The notes beneath the pieces are model-generated. The model saw only the letters and a list, made by a program, of their open reading frames with translations, did not search any database and had not been told where the DNA came from. A stretch of 64,000 bases of DNA, taken from the NCBI GenBank assembly GCA_040954595.2, contig CM082585.2:5419808-5483807 (forward strand), read 5' to 3'. Position numbers and translations under genes: made by a program. Shown piece by piece: positions 1 through 11,700 of the stretch (positions are counted from its first letter, which is position 1; each line of letters begins with the position of its first letter). The DNA is from Balanoglossus misakiensis. Taxonomy: Eukaryota; Animalia; Hemichordata.

Positions 1-3000
1 AGTACAACTTTCATCTTAGCAATAAATAAGATTGTACAAGAAACAAACAAATCATGATCTATATGATAGTGCTGGTGGCATTTTTGCCCAAGAAAATGAA
101 AAATAAAATTAGCAATGTTCCTTTAAATTAATTAATTTCTATGCATAAGGAATCCCTATAATATAATCAGTCGGATGTTTCTCTCATGAGGGTCGTGTTC
201 CTTGTTTGGACGTCCTATCCGCCGGGCAGGCGGCTGTCAATTAAAAGAAACGATGACATTCCCATCATAATACCACGGTGATGCCAAGACCACACATGCT
301 GGTGATTCTTCATCCTCTGAGAGACACTTGCGAAAGAAAGATGGGTTTCGGGAAATGTTACTTGACGACAGTTGCCGCGAGATAAGAATATTTTATGAAT
401 TTTGATTTGTGCAAAGCGGATCCATCTGGTTTGGTTGATATTGTTTGTTTGCTGTATGTCCGTTTTTTTTTTTTTTTTTTTGACGAGTCGAGCCGCAGAT
501 GTTTTCAAGTAGGTCAAGAAGGGTGTATTAAAGTTAACAAATATTTGATATTTGATCGCCACTTGTTGTTTTCCTCTGTTTATATACGCTTCGGTCTGTA
601 GTAGGTTTTTGCTTGATTTTTGAAGTATTTTTTATGAGAGAAAGAGAGAGTGTGGCATTTATTGCACTGGTGCACTGGAAAATCTGGACTATTATAGCAC
701 TTGTCGTAAATAATGCCGACCTCATGAATATTGTAATCGGGGATCTCCTGCAGTTTCTGCTCCAGATCATCTGATGTTGGGCGCCCAGGGTCAGAAATGA
801 CGTGGAAAGTTTTTAGTCTGCCTAGATAAATATGGGCATGGAGAATTTTGCCCTGAAAATTCTGACGTTGGTGTGTTTTTGGTAGGAGTGGGGGCTTTCA
901 ATGAAGACAAAAAAACCAAGCCTTGGCAGTTTCTGTGGCTCTGTTGCAAAGCACAATACACTTGAGATTTGTGTACCTATGTATGTCATGGGACCATTGC
1001 CAGCAAAATACAACAAAAGGCAGCAAGGTGTACAAGTCCAAATTTTCAATTGACTGCAGGCACATTTCTATATTTAGTGACAAGGTGACAAAAACGGACT
1101 AAGTTCTTTTGACGGCTTCTTAGCCATCTTATTTGTTTTCTCTCTCTAAAGAGAATCTATTTATGCAGTTCATACGCAAGCACGACTTCTTAAAGCAAAC
1201 AAACGTGAGATTGGCAATACAGAAGATAGTGTTTCTGTCGCTGAAATAATAGTTCCTGCATACTAGTTCTCACTGTCAGTGACCAAAAAAGAATTAATGC
1301 CCCCATCGACCGGTCTGTGGCTGTGGGTATGGGTCCCATATACAACACAGTTGCTAGTAGTTAAACAGTATAGGCAAAAATTCATGGTTTACTTATGCTG
1401 TCGTCTCACAGAAAACCGTACCATGTAAGTAAAAGACGTCTCCGTTCCCTACATCTGATTTTAATCAGATTGGCCAAAAGTGTATACTGCTACAGTGTAC
1501 ATCATTTCAAACATACGGACGTAATGTACTGAAACAGTGCGTTGTTACTTTTTATCGCAGTCCCCATTCACTTTCATATATATAACGTGTATTGGTAAGC
1601 AAAATCTCCCTGAATAGTGATGTGCTAATAGTAATAAACAGAAATGTCGCACATGTGCAGTTCAGGCGACACTCCCCCTTTAAATCACCGATGAAATGGC
1701 CTGCCAGAGATTCACCCTGTGGTCAGGACTCGCATCTATCATGGCAACAGACAGGCATCCTGACGCGTGCTGCAAAGAAAACTCCCGGTTTCTGAAATAT
1801 TGCAAAATACCACTTGTGGAAAAAATCCTGGTGTCTGACGTCTGTGTGACCCTTTTTGTCCCCTTAACGTGATTTGAACGTCTTGTTAAAAAGTGCAATT
1901 TTACACGGCTGGCTGACTATAATTCTTCACGGTGCCATCCACAGAAATTTACAGCGTTATTAGCCGTTATAAATTCATTCTATTTGGCATGATTTCTAAT
2001 CACACCTTAACCCTTATTAGGCATTTGCAGTTGTTTGTTCATCGATAAAATAAATTGCAAAATAATTCTGTCAAAAATGCATTGAAAAGAAAACATTATC
2101 AGAAAGTACATTGGAAGGTCAGATCAACAACAGAGTTATTTCAATTATGTGTCTTGTATTAAAGTAGCATGTCCTTTGTTGTATTAAAGTTGCATTGCCT
2201 ATGGTAAAATATGTTAAGCACCCTGTGTCCTCATGAAAGGCATTGGTCTTGGAAAGTACATACTATGTGCAGAATACATGGAGAAAAAATACAAACCCCT
2301 GAATTTTACAATAATTTGAATTATCGGTAATGTACATGTAGCTAACAAAAAATTCTGTGGACACTAAAAAAACATGGTATGGCATCCTACTCGCTGGCAG
2401 CAGCCTTGTACTTTCTACATGTACTTGTGAATTATTTTTTTGTTAAAATCTAAGTTCGCATTCATTGTCACATCAGAGACAGTTAGCCTCTTATATGGAA
2501 AGATGCATTTAATTTCAAACCCTTGTGTTGAAAAAAATCAGAAAACATGCAGTGAATAGGGCTTTACTATAGAACATATTTGGTTTCCAGGCTTGTGCCA
2601 CAATACCCTATTTAAGTGTTATCATATTTCTTATCAAAAGCTTATTTCCTGCCTATTAAATATTTAATCTCACTCTTCGTTTATTATAAACAACCAACGT
2701 TGGCTATCTTCAAGATGTCAACACTGTGTATTCACAATAACTTTAAACCATCTATTTTCAACTTTTTTCTGGAAATTATAACTTCCGTGATCTGTTTTTT
2801 GGGGGGAATTATGCTTGGTCGTAAAGGCAATGCACTGAATAAGCTTTTGTGTCGACCCTAGGTACTCAAGTTTTCGAGTATCTAAGTGTCAATGTGCGAT
2901 ATAGGAAATGTGTAGTACAGCGTGGCAGAATCTCGCGGTAATTTCCCAGGGGCGACCGACCAAACGATTGATGTGGCAATTAGAATTTTTTGAATGGAAC

Positions 3001-4044
3001 TCAATTTCAGTTGAAATCATTTTATTATCATTGATGACATAAGTGATGGATCGCCTCAGGGAAATGGAAATAAAATTTTCAAAATGTATCGTTTGAAGTA
3101 TTGTTTAAAATTGTCATGCTGTGGAAGAGAGCAACTGTAATTGTTGGTCCATTTTTCAGTATTTTTAAAACCGTTTTTTTATAACTGGCGTATCATGTCG
3201 CACTACCTAGTAGATCAGTCAATTTTGTCAATATAGCCTGTCATATTTTAACGCCACTTTTTACCTACAAGTCACGACTTGCATCGTCATGCAGTGAAAT
3301 TGATGCCAGGGAACTTAAAATCAACAGAAGGTTTATGCTGATCAGTGCAATTTACATTGGACAACGTAGACGCATCATTTCCTAAGTATCCACACACGTA
3401 CTGTCCATTAAAAAAGTCAAATGCTGAAGGATGCTAACTTTCTATGAAAAATCGACCACGGTCCAATTTGTTAAATGACCTTTGAACCCTAGACTATAAT
3501 CTGCAAGAGTATGGTTGTGATCATGTGCAACGTAGAACTTGATCTGCAGTTTCCAACTCCCGGCAGTTGATGGAAGTGTTGTTTCTTTCATGAACTGACA
3601 ACAGCTTGGATTGGTATTATGTTATTATTTGTTTTGCAGTGTGGAATACTGGACTTGCATAAATAGTCAGTGTAATTGTTCAGAAAATCTTTTCAACTGG
3701 TTGAGGAATTTACATTTTGATGAGGATAAACCTCACATATCTGTCATATGCATGAAAGAAAATTTCAATCCATTTGAACAATCTGCAGGATTATTTTTTA
3801 TGATCAAATTGAAATGGTAAACTGATAACATTTGGTGAGCAACATTCAACAGAAGTGTAATTTTATAAAGCTTGCTTCTGAAAAGAGAAAATTTCCTTCA
3901 AATAGTCGGAAAAACGCCACATTGGTAGCTAATATATATAACTGTGTACAGTACCTACTGCACGTGGGTGTATACTGTAGGCTGATTTTTTCATGTATCT
4001 TCCGTTAACCTAAAACGTTCAATCGCTGCATCTTTCCATCAGTG

Positions 4045-4058
4045 GTTGCCATAGCAAC
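4045..4058. promoter_or_regulatory. RFX X-box-like site GTTGCCATAGCAAC
   Basis: Matches the consensus GTNRCC(N0-3)RGYAAC; the identical 14-mer recurs at 25708-25721. Motif match only. Confidence 0.5.
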
Positions 4059-4748
4059 TGCCTCTATTTCTGTCTCCTTGCACAAAGAGAAAGTGATTAA
4101 ACCCACGGGGGGTTGCCTGGTATTTTTAGAACCTTATTTTCTAAATTTATCCTCTTTTTTGGAGGTAATTAATTTCGAAATCAACAGGGGGGCTTCTGAG
4201 CGGATCGAAAACATGCCCCAAGGAAAGGTCAGAGTTAACGAAGGTTCTGTTGGAATTAGTTGCTTTTAGGACATTCAAAGGCCACTCAGATAAATTTTGT
4301 CGCGAGGAGTATAACTCAGGATTGCTTTTTTGCTGCTTGCATGTTTCTCTGTGGCTGGGATTTCAAGTAAGAGTCAGAGATTAAAACGGACATTAAGAAC
4401 AAAAAAATGAAGTTTACTGAATCTTGTTCAGTCCTAGGTACTGAACTTAGTGTTTGAAAACATTTCTTGTTTCTAGAATTTGGAGACAAGCTTTTTAATC
4501 ACTCGAAATGTATTTTGAATTTAATTTGCATTTTTATGCATTCTTTCTATTCTAAAGAAACAGCAGTTGCAACATTTGATAATTTTTGTTATTTTATTCG
4601 CATAATATTTCAGCTTCAATTGCTCGCTTAATAGGCCATTAAAATCATGTTAAATTGCCCATTGTGGGGCTTGTCAACGCAATCTGTGGGGCGAGGATTG
4701 TTGCATCAACACAACCTGTACATGGACATTACAATTTACACAAGGATA

Positions 4749-4919
4749 TACTGTAAAACTTCTTTTTTTTCGCGAGTTGAAATTTTCGCATTCTCTTATT
4801 TCATTCACTGCATCGTTATCTTCAAAAAAAATTTACGCGACTTTTTATTTTCACGCTATTTTGGCTCTCGCGTATTTCGCGAACATTTATTGCTCGCGAA
4901 AATAAAGTGTTTTACAGTA
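4749..4919 (+). mobile_element. MITE family A (Tc1/mariner-type, TA-flanked), internally deleted copy
   Basis: TA-CTGTAAAAC...GCGAAAATAAAGTGTTTTACAG-TA termini; body shared with 8 other copies in the window. Confidence 0.85.
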
Positions 4920-5775
4920 TATTGCAGACATATTCTGATGTTGTGCCTGACAGGGTGTGGGTGGAGTCGTAACGAATGTTCTTTCAGGGTGTTTCAGTGA
5001 ACGAAATAACCTAAATAACCCATTAAAAGAAATCAAAATAGCCCAAATAATGTCAGAAGTGGGCGACTTTGTCCCTTTAAATAATCGAGAATGCGCTCTT
5101 GCTGGAGAGAAAAACTTGAAGTGTCAGAGAGGAAGATCTGAATGACTGATGAGGAAATGCAATAGGTGACTGTTAGTCACGTTTTTGTATTCACCAGACA
5201 CTGGGCCCAATTTAGCAGGCGGCAGCATTCACTGGGAAAATCTCCCGGAGGACCTTTCCGGGAGCTATTCCTGTCTCAAAGTAGCTGTGACCAGACTCCG
5301 GAGTCGGGGAACTTTGGCCAGGAATTCCCCAAAGGTGCACGCGCAGTGGGAAACCCATTTGGTTGGATGGTTTTCAGACATGTGGCGCGAGTTTCTGTTT
5401 TTTCATGTAATATTTATAGCTTTCTGTCTCCAGTAGATCACCTAAAAGTTTATACTGGCCTTGGGAGACGGGGGAAAGATCGATGTTTCAGCGACGGTGG
5501 CCAATTATGTATGGGAAGCCTTGTAAGACTCTTTGGTGCAGAGTCGGTTTTCTGTTGAAATGCCAAGCATGGATGCTACTTTCATAGATATGCGAGACAG
5601 ATTTTTGTTATGATATCCACAGTATAGCATAACTTAAATGGCAGAGTTTAATCAAATTGTACAATTGGATGCTAAATTTTCAGAAAATGTCAATGCTGCA
5701 TTGTATGTGTGTACCTTGTCTGCCAGTCATGGTAGGTGAAATATATAAGAAGAAGCCTAGTTAGGATCGACTATG

Positions 5776-5864
5776 CCCTTTCACCACCATGGTTCAGTCC
5801 GAACCCATTGTTTTCTATGGTAAAGTTGGACCTCTATAGAGGGAACTGGGGGTGAAAGGGTTAA
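5776..5864 (+). mobile_element. MITE family D (piggyBac-type, ~85 bp)
   Basis: TIR CCCTTTCACC...GGTGAAAGGG followed by TTAA; three homologous copies in the window. Confidence 0.8.
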
Positions 5865-5973
5865 AACTAGAACCCAACATCCACTCACTGAGCAATTCAA
5901 CATGCACACAAACACATGCACAGCTCAAGACATAGACAAATTGGTAAAAGGAAGATCACAGGCTCTTGTGTGT

Positions 5974-6424
5974 CAAAAAGTGTGAGTAAGCCCTGCTCCA
6001 ATCTTGGCATCTGTCATAATGTACCAGCAATCTGTCAATTATATTTCTCTGTGCACATTGGGAGAGTGAAGATGTTGTTATTGCTAACACTAGCCCATGT
6101 TTAAAGTGGGAGGAATGTCAGAATTCAAAAAGTGTGAGTAAACCCTGCTCCAATTCTGGCATCGGCCATGATGTACTAGCAATCTGTCATTCATATTTCT
6201 CTGTGCACATTGGGAGAGTGAAGATGTTGTTACTGCCAACACTAGTCCATGTTTAAAGTGGGAGGAATGCCAGAATCCAAAAAGTGTGAGTAAACCCTGC
6301 TCCAATTTTGACATCGGCCATGATGTACTAGCAATCTGTCAATCAAATTTCTCTGTGCACATTGGGAAAGTGAAGATGTTACTGCCAACACTAGTCCATG
6401 TTTAAACTGGGAGGAACGCAAGAA
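5974..6424. repeat. Tandem repeat, 152-bp unit x ~3
   Basis: Units start caaaaagtgtgagtaa at 5974, 6126 and 6278; units are highly similar throughout. Confidence 0.92.
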
Positions 6425-7526
6425 GCTGTCTTTGTGACAGATGATAAACCGCTTGCATGTGTTGTGTCAAAACAACCACACCCCTGAACGTGTTTTCTCC
6501 ATGATTGTAATAATACTCAGGATTATTTTGGTTCGACTGTCGTCAGTTTCTCGTACCGTGTTTGGTTTCTCTAAACTGTAGTGCCACAACCAGTATATAG
6601 ATACATGCTACAAGCAATTGAGTTCTGTATGGAGAGTATTTTCCAATAGTTGTTCATGCCACTGTCAACATAGAGGCTAACACAGCTAAGCAGCTATCAA
6701 CAGTCAATATACTCATCTCATTTAAAATTGAACAGGTTTTTCCTGCTGTCAGTGTCAATAGCTGCAAGAGGAAGTTTATTAGAAATGAGTCACTTTCGAT
6801 TTGAACTTGTTTGCCTTATTTCAAGTGAAATCTTGAAGCTTGATATTTTGATGCAGGTCAATGAATTCTGAGACTTTGGTTTAGAAGTATAAGGTAGAGT
6901 TTCAGACATCCACACCAAAGATTTTGGCATACCCTTCACCATAACACCATAACAACTTTCATATTGGTTGGGTTAACAAGCTTGGTACTGTGTATTTCAT
7001 CAGTATCATGCTTCTAGAATTTGAACAAGAAACTGCAGCAGATACACAATCAAAGGAAAAATACTGAAAACAACGTAAAAAGTTACAGCTATTAACCCAC
7101 AAAGATAGCTGTACCCAAATCAACCTCACAGTTAACCCACTTTATGCCAGTTATCATCAGCTGACCCAGTTTGCGATGAAGTACTTACTGTGCATGCCCT
7201 GAGTTTGCTAAAGTCAATGATATGCAGACATTGATTTTCTTTTAATAAATTGGCCGAGTGCTACAAACCCGGTCGCATAAACCCCTCTGAATGAAACTCT
7301 GATTAGATGTGTGCTGAAGGCAAACTAGCGGAATTGTGCAATCTTGGTCTAAATCGCGCCTCATTGACTGAGTTAATAATAAAGAGAGAATTACTGTGGA
7401 TTTGTCCACAATCTGTATGAATTGAAAGGTCCAATAGACATTTAACTCTCGGTCTTTCCGCGTTTGTTCTCTGTCGTTTTCCTTTTGAAATCAAAATTAG
7501 GTCAGTTTTTCCAGTTGATGTCGCGC

Positions 7527-7611
7527 AAGTTGTTTGTCGTTGTTTACCAAAATTTTGTATTTGTGCATAAGTTGTTTGTTGTTGTTTACCGAAATTTTGT
7601 ATTTTGTGCAT
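7527..7611. repeat. Tandem duplication, ~42 bp x 2
   Basis: aagttgtttg(t/c)...tttacc(a/g)aaattttgtattt(t)gtgcat twice. Confidence 0.85.
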
Positions 7612-7905
7612 CATAAAAAATTCCCGTTAAAAGTTGGTTCCCTGAGTTACGACACAAAATTTAAATTAGCACGAGTTTTCTCGTCACATATTCAATCAGT
7701 TTGATCCCATAAGAGTCGGAACCTTGTACGTAATTTGTGTACGAACTCGCCTCATGAATGATTGTCCAGCTGATTTTGAGTTTTACCTTCAGAAACATAT
7801 TTCCTATAAAAATGGGAGTACAGTGTCATTGGTGCTATTTTTTCATTGCTAAGTGATGCACACTGCTTTTTTTGAAAAGCCAGACAATACTACCGGTAAT
7901 GTAGG

Positions 7906-8120
7906 TACTGTAAAACGGGTTATTTTCGCGACTGGAATTTTCGCTATATCTAAAGAGGTAACTGTTACGCAAGGATTAATTTTCGCATTCTCGTATTTCA
8001 ATAACTGCATCGTTTTCTCCTAAAAAACATTTTACGGCACTTTTTATTTTCACATTTTTGGGGGGCTCTAGCGTATTTCGTGAAAATTTATTGTTAGCGA
8101 AAATAACCCGTTTTACAGTA
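7906..8120 (+). mobile_element. MITE family A, variant subfamily with altered TIRs
   Basis: TIRs TACTGTAAAACGGGTTATTTTCGC / GCGAAAATAACCCGTTTTACAGTA; internal body homologous to family A. Confidence 0.85.
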
Positions 8121-8725
8121 TTTTACATCACTGAGCTGTCAAGTTATTTTCTGAGCAGCGATCCTTCTGAAATTGCATTTCTTGAATATACTGGCATTTT
8201 TCATCTCGCTCCGTTTTGTTAAAACTGATGGTTTGGTGTGTGTTTCTGAAAGGAAAACTGCAGACGTGATTTTTATGTAGTTTCATTTGAATCATTCTGC
8301 ATCGATACTGAAATATAGTCAAGCAAAGGCTATGAATAGCCTGCCGTAGTAGGTATTCAGATATGTTCAGAGCTGTGGGCGATTTCTGACAAACAAGCAA
8401 AAAATCTGACTGGCTGTACTCATTCATTTCACAGGCCAAGATTCTCAATGCATATAGTCCATACTCTGCAGAAACGGTGCATGTTGCAAATTACCGCATA
8501 AAATTAGAAATTGTTTGCTCTGCACTGAAAGCGTTAGTTGAGACAGGGCTGTCATCCCTTCCAACCCGTTGTGATTCTTACTGTGACATCGCAATTGGAG
8601 TCAACCACCTATCGTGTCTATAGACTTATTAACAGTTTCTCATGATTTGCTGTAGTTTCTTATATGTATGGTATTTAAACAGTGTAGTAATTTATCAGTT
8701 GTTGTGAATAAGTGCACATTTCACT

Positions 8726-8737
8726 ACGCACGCACAT

Positions 8738-8768
<31 letters not shown>

Positions 8769-8784
8769 AACATACACATACACA
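8726..8784. repeat. (CG)/(CA)n microsatellite
   Basis: acgcacgcacatacgcgcgcgcacacacacacac... Confidence 0.9.
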
Positions 8785-11700
8785 GATGACCATATTATTT
8801 CAAATCAATCTTCAGAAAGTCGTAAACTTGAAATTGCAATAATATGTTGACTGAATAGGCAGTGATAATAAGCTAAATACTCTTGGTTTTTTACCATGCA
8901 TTGCTGAGTGAAAATTGACACTTCAAGGAAAAAGGAAAAAATAGTTGTAGCTGTATACAGCTTGACATGCAAATCCCTTTCCATAAATTTTCACCCCTGT
9001 AAATAGTGGAAAAGCCAGTAGGGCTTGGGGATTCATAAAATTCTGGCGGCGATAATGAGAACAACATTTTGTCTTTTAAGACTTCCCCTGATGTCTTTTC
9101 GTGTTACATCTTTGGGGCTTGTGGATCAAAGATGGCCGCCCCTCACGTAGACGCCGAAGTATTTCCAAAAATAGTCGAATTCTAATCTTACAATATCAAA
9201 ATTGGGTTTCAGTGAGTGGTTCGGTTCCTGTGAAGCCATAAACATTTATTGCGGCAGAAACTGTTAAGGAAACAATTTTCTGTGACTTGGGGAAGCTTTT
9301 AAAAAGAAAAAAAGTCAGTTTTGATTTCGAGCCTTGTCGCTACGTAAATCGTTAAATCGGCAGATTAGAGATAACCATGTCAGATGACCTCTGACCTTTC
9401 CCCTCAGCATTTCATCTCCAGCTGATAGCCATGGAAAGGTCAAAGTGGCATGGTGATGTTTTCCCGATGGGAAATGCCGTGGGAATTTTCTCTGCACATG
9501 TCGGATGCAATCCGGTTGTAGCCAAGTCGCTGTGGAAAGGATGGGTTGTTGGGGAAATATTTGGAAAGCTGTTATAATAAAACACCAGGTGTATAAATTA
9601 ACTATATCGTGTTTTCAGAAGACGTAGATTTACATTTTGCAATAATATTTGTTTTATGCAAAGGATTGGTATTGTTTATTCTTTTTTGTCTAGCAATGTA
9701 AATATTTCCTGATTTCCCCAAAAAACTTTTTCTTATAATTTGGAAAATAAATTCTTAAAATGTGCATACTTTAAAAAGCTGCTTTTGGCTCAGAAGTGAA
9801 CAGACATAGATAAACCCAATTAATATACAACCGTTTTTTATTTTAATTGTGTGAGGCAAATTGTGGCCGCTAAGACAGACTACAGTAGAAATGGGGGGGG
9901 GGGGGGTAGTCCTTAATAATGTTGTGGGAAGATATTTGTGAAGATGTCACGATTGCCTGTCATGCTTCAAAAAGTAATCAGATTTTCAGTACGTGTGCAA
10001 AGGAAACCTTGCAGGATTTTAATATCAATAACAAAGAAACACATGGTAAAAAAAATCAATAGTCGTGTGTACCCAGCAGTTATGAATTTGCAAACATCCT
10101 TCGTGGATCGATTTTCTGTTCGGGCAGTTGTGTGTACAAATGTACAAGATGTCAACACAACTGCTCACGTTTAAAATATCTGTATCCCTGAGAAAGAAAT
10201 TTATGGCCAATTTTTTGAGGAATTTTTCAATTACGTTTCTGGTGCTCAGGTGAAAAGGGCCAAATTGTAGTAGCGGAAAATGGGTTTGTGTAGAATGCTG
10301 GATGTATGTAAAAAAAAATTCTGCATATGAGGTAACTTGGTTCTTGTCCGACTCTGGGATTCTGAAATGTCCATGATTGAGCTGTTGATACACCTGTATG
10401 CGGCTGTCAGACTGATGTACGTGTTTGTTACGTGTATTGATATTGTTGACCTTGTACAGTTGTACAGGGAAATTCAGTTATTAAAGGGACATTGGCTTCA
10501 TTTATTTTCAGTGGTTTTGTTTTGTTCAATTCCTTGTTTGTTCTCCAAACAGCATTCCCGGTACTCAGCTTGTAAACATAGCCAGTATATGTGTAACTGT
10601 CATTGTTATTGTTGACAAATGAATTTGAGTCCGGACTAGAATACAATACAAATTTTGCACAATAACAATACTGACTATACACTTATAGGTTGTGTTAATA
10701 AGTTGGATACTGGGCATTTCGTCGTATTTCAGAAATTTAAACAAGAAAATCCAGTAGATACACAGAACAAAAATCCTGAAAACATAACAAAAAGTTACAG
10801 CTAATGGAGCTTTAATGACAACAAATTCATTGTGCTTTGATGCGCCAAGTACAAGTTTCACCAATTCAGAGAAAACATTGTTACTAAAAAAAAGCCCGTC
10901 AAAGATTGAAAAATAAATGTCCCCAGACATATGAACTTTTCGGCGCAGAATAATATCACAGGATATTGTGCATTGCGCCTCAAGAGTAGATGATTCATAA
11001 AATACAATCCCTGGAGATATATGCCACATTGCTTTTAGACTTGGAGAAGATTTAATAATACTATAAATAATTTGATAACCTGCAAAGGTCATTTTGGCAG
11101 TTAAATTGAAAATCTATTGGTTTAGGACAGAATCTCTGGCTGTATTTGGTTTATAGGAAAGGGTGTTTTTTTTATCCGTGGTGGAAAAAAATTTAATGGC
11201 GCATCTGATGCGTAACAGGTTTTGTAAGCAGCGCTCTGAGTGTCCCGTTATATCTAACACATGTCGCTTGAGAAGTTCTCAAGATGTGGTCGTCGTAGTC
11301 CTAAGGAGTTCAAAATGTGTTTGCACAATCTGACTCGTACCACACGTTTTTTTGCTTCCAGAATGTTTGAATACTTCAATATGGTTTTAGCTCGGTTGAA
11401 TGTAGTGGCTCAGCCAAGCATTTGCTCTTGAAAACTGCATTGAAGTGGGGTTCTGAACGATTCAAACTGCTGTTAAAACGCCATCGTTTTCATTGTCGCA
11501 TTTGCACACAGACATGTATATTGCATCAACTTTAGGAATGTACACGACAAGTTTAGATATTCCAAGGAAAATTGGAGTGCTACGTAAAGATACAGTATCA
11601 CCAGATTTACCTTTTAAAATTCAACGATAGTTTTGAGATACTTCCGATGGGAATTTTAAATGACTATTTTTCTAGTTTTGGTTGTGGTAAGGAAATAAAT

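Noticed and set aside
5065-5080. Solo GACTTTGTCCCTTTAA matching the family B terminus
   Set aside because: Only 16 bp with no adjacent family B body or partner end; too little to call an element.
5974-6424. Possible CRISPR-like array
   Set aside because: Units are similar over their full 152 bp with no unique spacers; eukaryotic intron context and no cas genes.
10565-11092. Longest ORF in the track (175 aa, - strand)
   Set aside because: AT-rich low-information composition, overlaps an old dispersed repeat, no recognisable domain or convincing splice signals.
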